A DNA stretch of 64,000 nt, taken from Vicugna vicugna (lineage: Eukaryota). The notes beneath the pieces were generated by a model, which was given only the letters and a program-made list of their open reading frames with translations, ran no database searches and had not been told where the DNA came from. Position numbers and translations under genes: made by a program. Position 1 is the first letter of the stretch. Every line of letters begins with the position of its first letter. Where the stretch lies: NCBI GenBank assembly GCA_013265495.1, contig MU058065.1, positions 4,257,003 through 4,321,002 of the forward strand, given 5' to 3'. Positions 51,986 to 64,000 of the stretch are shown one piece after another.

Positions 51986-54639
51986 TTGGTACCTAATTGT
52001 AAATCAAACCTCAGCAGAGAAAGGCAATCTCTAAGGGAAATTTCTTGGGAGTGATGCACTGTGTCTGTTCTTCTAGGTCTTTATATTTACTTCTGAGTTA
52101 AGTCGGATCACCAGAGATCTGTGTGTCTGCACCACATCATTTATACAGGGGACCCGTCAAGAAGTTTATACTCCATTGTCCTTGGGAAAGATGCCGTGGG
52201 CTTTCAGTGGGGAATGCTATTCAAATAGTCCGATTAAACGTCTGTGTGCTCCCTTCAAGCTTCTGTGGGGATGTGGTTCACTGCATGACACTGGGCTCTT
52301 CAATGGCCCCCATGGGAGACATTCCTGTCTGATCTTAACATCACAAATAGTTGTTTCTTCTGAGTTACTTCTTTGTTTTTCTCTTAAAACACTATGAGTT
52401 GTTAGAGTGATTAGGTTTACCTTTGGGGCTGGTAGCTAGGAACTTGCAAGTCAAATTAATGAGCTACCCAGAGCAGCTGGATAGGTCCTTACAGTAGGAA
52501 GCTTTACATTCACTTCATTTCAAAACCCATTTTACTTCTGTACTCTTGTTTTTATGACTTTTTAAAAAACTTATTTTAAATGTATGTCATATTGCTACAT
52601 TTCAGCTACTCTTACAAGGCATCTTAAGTTTTTAGTGGAACAAATAACCAGGTGGCATATAAATAAATCAACACACAACATCTTGCAGTCATTATTATTG
52701 ATAATACAGAAATAGGAGGTGCAGCGAAAAAGAAAGAAGGGTAAAGGCAGTAAATGTGTCTGAAGATGACTGATAGCACAGCAAGCCTGAATATTCTTAA
52801 GCGGCTTAAACAATTCAACATCTTATACTGGGTTCATTAAGAAAAATGGTTCATTCAAAAAAAAAAATCTATGGAGTACATGATGCAGGCACTACCATAG
52901 GCTATGCTGAGAAGACCAAGGAGACAATTTCAGAACACCTTGTAGGTGCTGGAAATTGATTTTAGAAATTGGAACTGGGGAGTAGGTGAAACAGAGCATC
53001 ATGGGTGTGGAAAATATTAGGGGAGGGGAGTTGGATTGTTATGCTGTTTTGTAAGGAAAGGGAAAAAGGAAAACACAAAATAGGAAAGAGACACAAGTCA
53101 CGTTGCTGTCTAGAGAGAAATGGTTCTGGGCCGGGCTGGATACTGAAGGCTTAAGGAATACGCCTCCTTTTAAGTGTGGCCAGAGGACCTTGGCTAAGGA
53201 AGGTGGTCTCTGTGGTACAGTTTTGGGAAGGAAGCTGGGGACCTAGCTCAAGGCCAAAAACTTGGCTAAGAACGGAAATCCCCAGACCCCAAAGTTGAGT
53301 GTCTTCCCTGGACACACAGGAGCTGGCAGCCACTTCACATCAGGGGTCAGGTGCAGGACCCAGGCATCAGTGGTAATTTACTTGTCCCCTACTATTTTTT
53401 TTTTTTTTACCATTTCCATGGGAACTGAGAGACTATTACAAAGGGCTTGTTTTAGCTTTTGCTGTGGAAATTCAGAGTTGATTAGTTTACCGTCTTCCTT
53501 AGTCTAAAGTTGTCTCAAACATGCCCTTAACACCATCTTATTTAAGAGTTTAGGAGAGTGCTAAGTACTTCCTGGAAGATTCATTTTTTATTTTAGATCT
53601 TGGTTGATCTCTGAGAGCCCTTCAGATGATCTGGGACAATTTGGGAACACATGGGGACTCAGGAAAAGATCTCAGGCAAAAGCTGGGGAAAAAAACCTCA
53701 TGCTTTATACAGAGTTTGCTATTTTTAGAACTCTTTCACTATTATAAACAGGATGGTCTTTACTGACTCAAGGTATAAATATAGTCATCTCTACATGTTT
53801 TTTAAATCATTTGCTTCTTTGCTTACCTGAATTATTCACATGAAATCCAGTGCTTTCTTTATGATGTCTACCACTTCAGAATTGTCCAAGAGCACTGGGG
53901 CCTATTTAGTTGGAAGGAATTTCATACTTTTTATAGTGTCAGAGAGTAGGAGGTAGAGAAGGAGGAGGAAAAGGAAAAAGGAGAGGAGAGGAAGAGAAAA
54001 TGAGAATCAGATCTGTTGTTTCTTGGAACCCCAGCGTGTTTCTTTTAAAGACCAGTCATGGACATCTGAAGGGCAGGCTTGCCGACTGCTACTGGGAAGC
54101 CCTTGCTCTCTCTGTCCTTCCCCAGGTCACAGTAGTGACCCACTTTGGGTACAAGTTTGGAGTCCTTAGCTCATACTTCATGGCTCAGCTTTTGTGCCCC
54201 AAAACCCACCACTGTACCAGACTGACATCTTCTCATCCCTGACCCTGACTCTTGAGTGCTACCCTGGTCCCTTCCCAGTAAGTCTGTTTTACATCACATC
54301 ACTGTGAATAGGGATCGTGGGTCCTGCAGTGTCATTTCCCAAAGACCCTAGACTCCTTATGCAAATTGATTTGCTTTTCCACAATGACCAGTTTTTCATG
54401 TCAGAGGGCTCAAGAAAAGGCAATCTTGCCTGAGTCATGCCAGCTTTTGTTACACCTCTTGTCCTAGACAATAGGAGTCTATTCACCCTATATTTACATA
54501 ACTACAAACATTTAGGAGACTCTTCATTGGATAAAGAAGGTCTGCTCCAAGGTGATCTAGTCACTATCCCTAGACATAAGACAGGCTGGCATATTTTCCA
54601 GGATCTCTCTTACTTGGTGGCCACATCCTGCTACGCAGC

Positions 54640-54735
54640 CCATCAAGGCAGCTGGTACTATTTATGCCCATCTCACAGATGCAGAAACTGAGATTCAGGA
54701 AGCTTCCTGGGCTGTTCAAGGTCACATGCAGATAC
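54640..54735 (-). mobile_element. MIR core fragment
   Basis: cccatctcacagatgcagaaactgagattcag...caaggtcaca. Confidence 0.7.
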
Positions 54736-57339
54736 ATCTGACATCTCCATATCATGGTGTTAGCAAAAGGGCAGAGGGCTCAGCAGTGTAGGGAACTGTG
54801 AAGCACATTAATAATAATATTGAGTAATGGAAAATCCATACTGGTTAGATACTTCTGTACTAGTGGAATTTTTAATGAATATGCATGTGGATATGTTTTT
54901 TTAGAAATATGGCTTTGTAGTAGTAGAATATAGAAAAAGGATGGGAGATTTGTCCTGGAAACATCCTTTAAACAAGATCTTGCTCTTTATGGTAAAAACA
55001 ATGAAAAATTATCACAATAAAGCAGCGGATTTTTCTGGAGTCCTTTGAGTCCACCTTTATAGACAGAACGATTAAAAGAAGAAGCTCCTCAGAGACTTTC
55101 TGGATAGTGAGACATTGAATTTATGTGACATGAACTTCAGCAGATGTTTGAAAGTGATCAGAGGATGCCACGTATACAGAGGGCAAAGGCTCTAAAACGT
55201 GCCGTCAACTGCTAAAATCAGCCTCCTTCCCAATTCTTCCAATATTGATGGACTGTCACTCAGATTTTACAGCAGAGTTAGTTTCTTTTTTGTGAACCAA
55301 TGAAATGTGGAGAGGTATTTAAAGTAAAAGCGACCCATTTTCTTCTGGTCTTCGTTTACCATCTTTCTCTGGCCTCAGTTTTGCTCTTATTTCACTCAAT
55401 CACTGTTCCGTGTATATTGGTGGCCATGGGCAAATTGAATTGTGAATACAGATTTTTTTACTCCAGGTTCCTTAGGGTTTATTAAATGAGAGTGTGAACA
55501 AGGCCACCTGTCTGAGTCTCAGAGCCTCCATCACCAGTACCAACACAGTAAACCTTGATGGAGTTCTAGCCTCATCTAAGAGCATCTCCAACAACTGTAG
55601 TGTATACTTTTGCTCTGTGACTGTGAGAGTAAGTCTGTGCCATCTTTTAAGTGTATCTTTGCTGTTGTACCAAAGGCCCAGAGAGTCTTGATTAAATCCA
55701 TTAGAATAAAAGTTGTATAATTTCATTAACCCAAGGAGCGGTTCTGGCAAAATTACTCCACAAAACCAATTTTTTTTAAAGGTAAAAAGATGTAAATAGT
55801 GTGAAAGTAAATTCAGAACCTGAAGACTGAGATGTTGAGAGACTGGGAATGAACCCTCAGCATGTAAGTCTAGCCAGACGTCCCAAGTCCATTCAATGGG
55901 ACCATCTCCCGGACTTGGGATAAAGGTAGACTGTAAGTGCCATGAGACTGAAAATAAGAAGACATTCCAAGCGAGGAAAATAAAACATACCAAGAGAAGG
56001 AAAAACATTGATGATTCTCCCGAGAAAAACAATCAGCCGTCATCTGATGAGGTCAGGACAATAAACACCGAGGCCAACAATGATGGCCTGAATCACTGTG
56101 ATTAAACACCTACTTTTAATACTCCAGGGACAGCACAATTACCATCGCTGGCATCATAAAAATAACATCTCAAACCGAGGCTCACAAAGTGTTGTTTGTT
56201 AAGAACCCTCCTGGTATCTAAATTAAAGTCCTTGAGCTGCCTTCCATATTGTAAATGTTAAGCGTCCCTGCAGAATACTGTCTTTCGGCTCTGTGTGGAT
56301 GAGGGAGCTCAGGGACTCAGGAAAGTCCTGGGGGAAGTAAGCATGGGGACTTATGGGAAGTCTCCAGGGATGCTAGAACCATTTAGGGGGAAATAATTTT
56401 TTTTAAAAAAACTGGGCAATTTGAGACATGCCTTCATGAAACTGAAAAAGAGAATTTTTATAAAGTGTCGTAATAGGATTCAAAACAGTTTGATGGTTAT
56501 GATCAATTTGTTAATTCAAAATGAGAGAAGTTACCAAGAATGTTATGGGACCAGATGACACATCAATACTAATTTTCAGGTGTAAAAGAAGAAGATGAGA
56601 AATTCACTGTCGAGGGGGGAAATGGGGAAAGCCACAGATTTCTCTGGCTCACCGAAAGCTCTGGGTGTTAAAAAAAGTTTTCCCCAGCACAGACTAAAAC
56701 AATCGTATTCCATCCTGCTTTAGCTTATCCTGTATTACTTGGCTAAACTTCTCTTTCCTTCTCTTCTCCTATTCAAATTTTACTCTTCCTGTAACTTTCT
56801 TCTCAAGAACAAACATTTTCCACGAACTCTAACCTCCCTCTTTCCTGCTCTAGCCACTCTAATGATCATTGAATCTTTGAGCTCAAAAAGCCTTTTGATT
56901 AGTGTACTCAGATGTGTCACTAACTACTGTTGCTTTGGGTGTATTCATCTCTGCCTCTGCCCATTGCTCGTCAACGAAATCATTAGCTCCCAGAAGGACA
57001 GGGAGCTGTGTCTGTGTGCCTGCCTTCTACACCCATAGCCCATCCAAATGCTTCACACACACTAGGAATCCTGACCAGGATGGTTTATCAATGGATGAAG
57101 GTTCCCAGGGCAAGATGAGTTCATTTTGAGAGGACCTCAATAATCCAAAGGTTTGAGATGAATTTGATTTACAGTTGTGGTTGAAGTTCTAGAACCCAGC
57201 CAAGGCAACCCTATCCTGAAATGCCAGTCTAGAATACTTAGGATCTTGAGTTGCTCTGAAGAGCTTAAAGTAGTTATGGGAGGCAATTGTGATGATTAAT
57301 AGCTTATAACCAATCCTCCAAAAGATAAACATGTAGCTT

Positions 57340-57515
57340 AAATAAACATTGAGTGCTTACTGTCTGCTGGTTACTACCAAGTTTCACCCTGAGAGACATC
57401 CCACTAGGGCATTACCAGCCCCAATTCACAAATGAGGGGGATGGACTCGGAGCAGTGATGTGAGTTCAGAATAGGTGGTAGAACATGGATACGAAAGCAG
57501 AACTCTTGGCTTTAG
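57340..57515 (-). mobile_element. MIR remnant
   Basis: aacattgagtgcttactgt...attaccagccccaattcacaaatgagg. Confidence 0.55.
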
Positions 57516-57847
57516 CTGCATCAGATCACATCTCCCTCTTGGGTTTTAATTTTTCCAGGAGCACTATTTCTTCGTGTTTTCAAGTTGCAATAAGGAAAAG
57601 AGGTATAAATTGAACTCTAAGAAATTCTTTCTCATATCACACTGGCCATTTGTAATACTGGTGAAAAACTAATATCTGATAAAAAGTACTGAAAAAAACA
57701 AACTTAGAGACTGAGGAATTAAAGAAAGCTCTGTTCATTTCTCCATGTTGTCATTCAATCAAATAAAAAATAGAAATGAATATTATTTATGGTGAATAGA
57801 ACCATTTTGGAGAGTCTTTCAAGGCTAATTGTGGTGGGTATTTGTCC

Positions 57848-57871
57848 TTTTTTTTTTTTTTTTTTTTTTTT
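57848..57871. repeat. Poly-T tract
   Basis: About 24 consecutive T. Confidence 0.95.
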
Positions 57872-58550
57872 CCTGCTTAGCAGAAAAACTGCCTTTCTGG
57901 TTTTGGTGAGTCTCTACTACATGACTCTGGGTGGGAGGCTGGGTCACGACTGAAGAATCTGTTCAATTTCCCCCCATCCCATGGAGGCCAGATGAAAGGA
58001 AGGGCAGGTAACTTAAGCTCAGCCAGTCTGATCCCCTCGCCTGGGACTTTGAGTGCTGAGAGCATGATCTTGCTTGGAGACAGCATAGTCCACCATACTG
58101 GAGCTGACAATAGGAAAAATATACCATACAAAACATAGTACTAATGGGGATGATTAAGTTAATCTTTGTATCTCTAATTCTTCACTAGGGACATGTGGAT
58201 AGCTTTCCAAACACAGTGACTTACAACCCAAACAGATTCCTTTAGGGGCTCAGAGTTCACGACCAATGTCATAATGGATGAAATACTTGTGTCTAGACTA
58301 ATGTTTCGCCTGGAGATGTTGGTTGCCTCTCAGGGTGGGGCAAAAAAACACAAGGTGCCCAGACCTAGAGGCAGAGAGATACAGCATGAAGAGCACAGAC
58401 TTTGAAGTCATTTCCATCCCTATTAGTCACTGTTCAATCCTTACAAGTACTCAGCTTCTCTGAGTTTTAGTACCCGCGTGTTCACCAAGGATGGGTGTAT
58501 GTAGTCTTCTCATTGTAATACCAGCTAGCGAGTCTAAAATACCTGGTAGA

Positions 58551-58819
58551 ATCTACAAATTTTGAACTCCCAGTCTATACCTTCCCATCCCCCCCCACCT
58601 TGGCAACCACAAATCTGTATTCTATGTCTATGAGTGTTATACTATATAGCACAGGGAAATATATACAAGATCTTGTGGTAGCTCACAGTGAAAAAAAAAG
58701 TGACAATGAATACACGTATGTTCATGTATAACTGAAAAATTGTGTTCTACACTGGAATTTGACACAACATTGTAAAATGACTATAACTCAAAAAAAAATG
58801 TTTTAAAAAAAAAGAAAAA
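58551..58819 (+). mobile_element. Short L1 insertion with 5' inversion (twin priming), within a MIR remnant
   Basis: 58551-58635 is reverse-oriented L1 3'UTR; 58636-58819 is forward 3'UTR plus A tail; TSD aaaatacctggtaga 58536-58550 / aaagtacctggtaga 58820-58834. Confidence 0.92.
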
Positions 58820-61800
58820 AAAGTACCTGGTAGATATTGAATTAATGTTGGCCAAATCTTTTCCTCTTCCATTACAGCTTCTGTTAATTTCCATATGCAA
58901 TGGGAACCATTGTCCATATGGAATGGATAATAAAAAATATAGATGACTCAAGGAGTCATCTGTCAAAATATCAGGGGAAAAATTATACATACATATGTGT
59001 GTCTGTGTGTGGCTACTGGGATTCATAGAGCTAATATTTATAATTTTGATAATTTAAGAATCATCCCAGAAGTCTGTGACACAAAAGGCTTTCTAGTTTT
59101 GATAAAGCATATGAAAGTTTAAATTGTTTTCTGCAAGGGTGGTGGAAAAGAGTAAATCACATAGCTAATGAATAAACCCAGCTGACTTCATCTACATTTC
59201 AGTTCATCTTTGTTGTTTCCCACTAACTTCTATACACTGTTAACACTCACAGGGTGATTGAATTGCAGATTTAAGGTCCATTGGAAGGACCTTTGACAGA
59301 GAAGCACAGGTAATACAACACAAGAGGGGGTGAAGACATCCAAGAAATAAAGTGATCTGTTTTTTTTCTAAAAGGACAGATATCTGAAAGAGATGAATCT
59401 GACCTCAGCAAAGGCTTGGACCTCAGGTGGGTGAAGGTCTACATTTATTCTCCATCGGTGTAAGTCATAAGACTCCATGAAAACATTTTAACACTCGCTT
59501 TAACCAGCTCAACATTGTTTCTCAAGTGAGAGAATATTAAAAGCCTGAGAGGTGAGTTAACATTTTTATTCACTTTTCACTGCAGTTTACACCAGGAATC
59601 ACTTGCTATATGGTACTAGGGAATTTGTTGGTTGGTAAAAATTCATAAATAGCAATTTTTTTCTCTCTGTGGGTGGACTTTAATAATCATGCTAAAGGGT
59701 CAGGATTTGACAAGGAAAAAGAAAGTCTAACTATATAATAATGAACTGATTATCTCCCAATGAATTTCAAGAACAGTGTTTTCAATGAGAGTCATCAAAT
59801 TATAGAGCTACAGAGGACTCCAACCTGTCTCTCTAGTTATTTAGATGATACTTTTAAATTAACTTTCTAAATTGTGTTTATAATTCTATGGACCCTTATA
59901 CACATATATTTTAACAAATTAGCTTTGATCAGATAAACAAATCACAATACAAATCATGAGCTGGGGTAAGGGTGTGGGGACGGTGGAGGGGGAGACAGAA
60001 GGATCACACAGCTGATCACTTGAGGACATTCTTGGATTTAGAATATATGTTTGTTGGTACCAAGAGAGTTAAGGTAATGTGTTTCCTACCTGTGCCTCTC
60101 CACCGTGAGAGGCTCAGGTCTATGAAGGAGTGTTTGACACAGAAATAAAGCAAAAAATATTAGGAAGGCTAATTAGGAAGTCTCTCTAACTCTTAGTGAA
60201 TTTCAGTTTGAACCAATGGGAATGGCTTGAAAGTATCACTTTAATCCTTAAAGTAGGATTTTGTGTGATACTGTGTTTTAAGGAACGTGCGACCATTATG
60301 CTGTCTGTTTGGATAGATGAAAAATGTTTCCTCCATAATCTCCACAATTAACATTATATTGCTTTATTTCCTCTCTCTGAAGGACACGTTCTTCTTAAAG
60401 CTTATTTATGGTTCAAGCAGGTTTTCTCTGTGATTCCTTCCTCTGCTGAGGTTACTTGTAGTATCATCCTGCAGACAGGCAGTAAAGCTTAGTAGCAGAG
60501 AAAAAAACAGTGTCGTTAACCTCCTTAACACTGGAGAGAAATTAACACTAATAAGATAGGTACCAGGGCAGCAACTGTCTTGACAGAACGAAGTTCACCA
60601 GCCTCAGGAGATGGTAGCCGGTGTCACTCTGCCGTGCTCTGCTGCACCGTGCAGATGCAGTGGCTAGGGGGCTGCTGATTTCTGCCTTCCCGATGTTGGA
60701 GGTGGCACCCTGTGCTGAATTAAAGTCCGGCTGATTGTGGTCTCCTCCTACCCTCTGCTGCTGGCCTTGCTGATGGAAACCAACACCACTGTTATTAAGT
60801 ATCCACGGATCAAATAACTTTTATCATCTCATTTCAGGACAGGATATCATGATAGCTTCATGCTAGATATACATGCCAGGACAGGAGTGAGCTCTGTCTC
60901 CCTGGAAAATATTTTTGTCAAGATATTTAAATGATGTGCTGAAAGGGGAAATAGGCCAGACAGGGTGTCTTAAGGGAAGCAAGCTAGAAAAAAAAAAAAA
61001 AAGCAACCATCTAAAGATAGAAATAAAAATTAAAATGATATCGACTATTTAGGGGTCCCTAGGGTCATTTTTGGCCAGCCGTGGAAATGCATTTTAAGTT
61101 TTCATTTGTTAATTGAACACTAAATGAATATGGTGATAATTAATATTTTTACTGCCTATTAATTAGGAAATTGTATCCTGTGTAAGCTACCCAGAAAGAT
61201 GATCTATGAGGCATGACGAAGTCAGAGCACTACTGTGAATTGATGGGGGCCGCACACGTGGAAATATAAATGTGTTCGTCATTTGGCTTCATTATTAGAG
61301 GGGCTTTGAATAAAGGGACAGTTCCGCCCATTGTCTGTGTCTGTGTGCTCGGATGGACTGCAGCTACGCACAGGGCGGGGATGTGGGGTGCGTCTTTTTG
61401 CTCTTACCTAATGTTGCCTGCAGGCTAAGACAGTGTGCATCCCACGGCTCACAGAAGGGCCCCTTCTGAAGAGCCTTTCTCCGTGGCATGTGGAGTGTTT
61501 CAGGTTTGTGCCTTCATCCATTTGCCAAAACATCTGGTTCAGTTTTGGGGAAATATTTGTAGCTATTTTCCCATCCGGATTTAATTACTGCCACTGGAGT
61601 ATTAATGGGTGCCCTGCCGGCCTAATAGATTTTATCTGTGCACCTTCGTGTCTATGAAGTGCAACTGACAAATCGGAGCCTGGTTTTGCTGAGATTTTCA
61701 TAAAATGGCCACAACCTGAAGAACTGAGGACTGATGGAATTCAAAGGATGAACAGATACCAGATTTGTAAGACAGGGATTCTAATTTGCAAAGGGGATTA

Positions 61801-62044
61801 CTCTTGCTACTCAAGTCGTTTAACGTTCACCGAGAAAATCATCTAAGATATTCCAAAATGAATACCTTAAATAAGATAGGTATATTAATATCAAAAATAG
61901 GAAGATATATTTTAATGTTAAAACTGCTGTAATCTCTGGGTTCTTAAATGGGCAAGTTTGCTTTTTTAAAATCTTTCAAACAACAGGTGATGAGGAGAAG
62001 CCGAGGAAGCAGGAGTTACTCTCAGTTACTTTCTATATAGCAAA

Positions 62045-62290
62045 CACTTTACTTGATGCTTTAAATATCTAGTATCATTTTGATCATTCTAATAATGTGG
62101 GGTAGATAGTATGATGGCCCATGTTATGGACAAAGTAATTGAGGCTCCGTGAGATTGTATTATTTGACCAAGGTCATACAGTGAGATTGTAACGCTTGAC
62201 CAAGGTCACACGCCGAATAAGCAGTAGGTGGAACCAGGATTTGAATACCAGTATATTTGACTTTGAGTTCCTTCTCTCATCTACAATGCT
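62045..62290 (-). mobile_element. MIR SINE with internal 32-bp duplication
   Basis: gcccatgttatggacaaagtaattgaggctc...ttgaccaaggtcacac...gaaccaggatttgaa. Confidence 0.8.
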
Positions 62291-62314
62291 AATAATATAG
62301 CTTTATCATCCCTC

Positions 62315-62410
62315 TATCAAGCATCTGTTAAACACTTGCTAAGTTCCAGGCAGCCCCAGTACTAGGTGCTGGGGGCACAAAAGGGGAACATGTTGGGGTT
62401 CTTGATGCTG
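62315..62410 (-). mobile_element. L2 3' terminal fragment
   Basis: tcaagcatctgttaaacacttgctaagttccaggc...tactaggtgctgggggcaca. Confidence 0.6.
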
Positions 62411-62574
62411 CCAGAGTGGTTGGCCTCACCAGCAGGGTCTCTACTGCGTCACATAAAGACTTGACCAACCCAGAACAGCCTTGCAACCCTGCCACGCTTT
62501 CCACCAGCTTGAAGCTTCATTTCCACAAGGGGCCACCCCATTTAAACTGTGGCCATTAATACTATCAAAATGTT

Positions 62575-62715
62575 GCAGGAGGGTATAGCTCAAGTGGTAG
62601 TGTACCTGCTTGGCATGCATGAGGTCCTGGGTTCAATCCTCAGTACCTCCTCCAAGGATAAATAAATAAACCTAATTACCTTCCCCCACCCCACCCCAGA
62701 AAATAGAAAGAAAAA
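62575..62715 (+). mobile_element. tRNA-derived SINE, camelid Vic-1 type
   Basis: ggagggtatagctcaagtggtag (A box)...gaggtcctgggttcaatcc (B box)...aaataaataaacctaattacc, A-rich tail; TSD taatactatcaaaatg 62557-62572 / taatattgtcaaaatg 62716-62731. Confidence 0.9.
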
Positions 62716-62796
62716 TAATATTGTCAAAATGAATGAAATAGATCTTTAAAAAATTTAAGAGAGTAGTATTTTTATCACCACCCAATATTTAGCAGC

Positions 62797-63220
62797 AAGG
62801 CAGCATGTTATGGTGGCTGGGATCATCGATTTTGGACTCAATAGGACTTGCATCTGAGTCTTTGTTCATACTTATTATCAGGAAGTTGTTTAAGCTTTTA
62901 AAAAAATAATGTCTATTTTGGTTTTGGGTTTTGTTTGTTTGTTTTGATTTTTGTTTTCAGGGGGAGGTAATTCAGTTTATTTACTTTAATGGAGGTACTG
63001 GGGATCGAATCCAGAGCCTCATGCATACAAAGCATGCACTCTACCACTGAAGCTACACCCTCCCCTCAAAGTTGTTTAAGCTTTTGGAGACAGTTTTCTC
63101 ATCTGTAAAATGGAGATAATGCTGTCTTTTTCACTGGGTTTCTTTGATCCCTAGATGAGACAATGCATTATAATTGGGCATGGTGCTTAGTACACAGTTA
63201 AATATTACAAGTATCATTGT
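62797..63220 (+). mobile_element. MIR SINE interrupted by a Vic-1 type SINE
   Basis: aggcagcatg...ttttggactca on the left; cagttttctcatctgtaaaatggagataat...atgagacaatgca...tagtacacagt on the right. Confidence 0.8.
62900..63068 (-). mobile_element. tRNA-derived SINE, camelid Vic-1 type
   Basis: Reverse copy: gggggaggtaatt...tggaggtactggggatcgaatcc...gcatgcactctaccactgaagctacaccctcccc; perfect 17-bp TSD aagttgtttaagctttt 62883-62899 / 63069-63085. Confidence 0.92.
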
Positions 63221-64000
63221 TCCTATGATTAGGGAAAAAAGGAATATCAAAGGACCGCCCTCCTCTCCATGTGCTCACTGCAGCCCGCTGAGTCCCATGT
63301 GTTTCAGCCTCTAAATCAACTCTTCTCAGGAACCGTGTGGAAGTCCCAGGGATGAGGTGGCCTAGCTCAGCAGCTCAGCTCACCGTAGCTCAGGGCATCT
63401 TCCCGCTGGTTGGCGCTTTGCCTTCATCTGCTCTATCACTGTTTATTTCTAGATTGTTCATCTTATGCTGTGGGTGGACCTCTTGATTCATATTTTTTTT
63501 TTATTGTTGTGGTGGTTGTTTTTGTTTTGTTTTGTGTTTTGCTTGTCTCTTCTGGACATTACTGCTTGATTTCTTTACCCACTTCTTTCTTTAAAAATAT
63601 CCTACCATTTTGGATCCCCAAAGACAACTGACTTGTTTTCATCTTGACCTTATCTTGTTCCCATGATAGCTGTGGCCTGTTGTCTCTCATGCCCTAAAAT
63701 GACAAGATGCAGGTTACGTTTGATTGGCTCAAGGGCATGTTTGGAAGTCGTCAAGTTGGCATTCAGATGTATTACCAACAAACAAGCCAATCATGAGAAG
63801 GTTAATTTTGGAAGAAGACATGTAAATATTTTTTGCTGGAAAAATTTTTTGAGTACATTGTACAAATCTGAAACATCACAACCACAAAATCACGGGTTAT
63901 AACTGAAGAGAATTCCCGCAGAACTGAGAAAAAAGCTTGCACAATGGAAAGAGCACAAGTATTGGGATGTAATAGGTCAGAGTTTGAAACTTGACTCTCA

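Noticed and set aside
55472..56032. 186-aa minus-strand ORF with a hydrophobic N-terminus
   Set aside because: Non-ATG start, hydrophobicity explained by T-rich sequence, no recognisable homology.
61446..61475. Hairpin ggctc-a-cagaaggg-c-cccttctg-aa-gagcc as a miRNA or terminator
   Set aside because: Too short for a pre-miRNA, and intrinsic terminators do not apply to mammalian DNA.
62578..62652. tRNA-like sequence with A and B boxes
   Set aside because: It is the head of a SINE with a tail and TSD, not a tRNA gene.
1..64000. CRISPR array, operon or other prokaryote-type or novel multi-gene system
   Set aside because: No regularly spaced repeats and no gene-dense segment. The sequence is CpG-depleted mammalian DNA with interspersed repeats throughout.

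Overview
This is non-coding placental mammal genomic DNA, intergenic or deep intronic. It is very probably camelid (camel/alpaca/llama), judging by two tRNA-derived SINEs of the camelid Vic-1 type. I cannot support any host protein-coding gene, RNA gene, CpG island or prokaryotic-type system. The supplied ORFs are chance ORFs, except one reading through a fossil hAT transposase. Much of the window is transposable-element debris: ancient MIR, L2 and possibly CR1/L3; MLT/MER21/LTR33-type LTRs; hAT DNA transposons (MER5A, MER58A, MER63, MER53, Zaphod-like); old L1M pieces; and younger L1 and SINE insertions with readable target-site duplications (TSDs). The best-supported points of interest are a twin-primed (5'-inverted) L1, an inverted SINE pair, several nested insertions and a Zaphod-like element retaining transposase sequence. 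There is also a possible unclassified solo LTR and a few repeat-free motif clusters that may be enhancers. Family names come from recalled consensus sequences, not a database search, and boundaries without TSDs are approximate. I found no convincing novel biological system.
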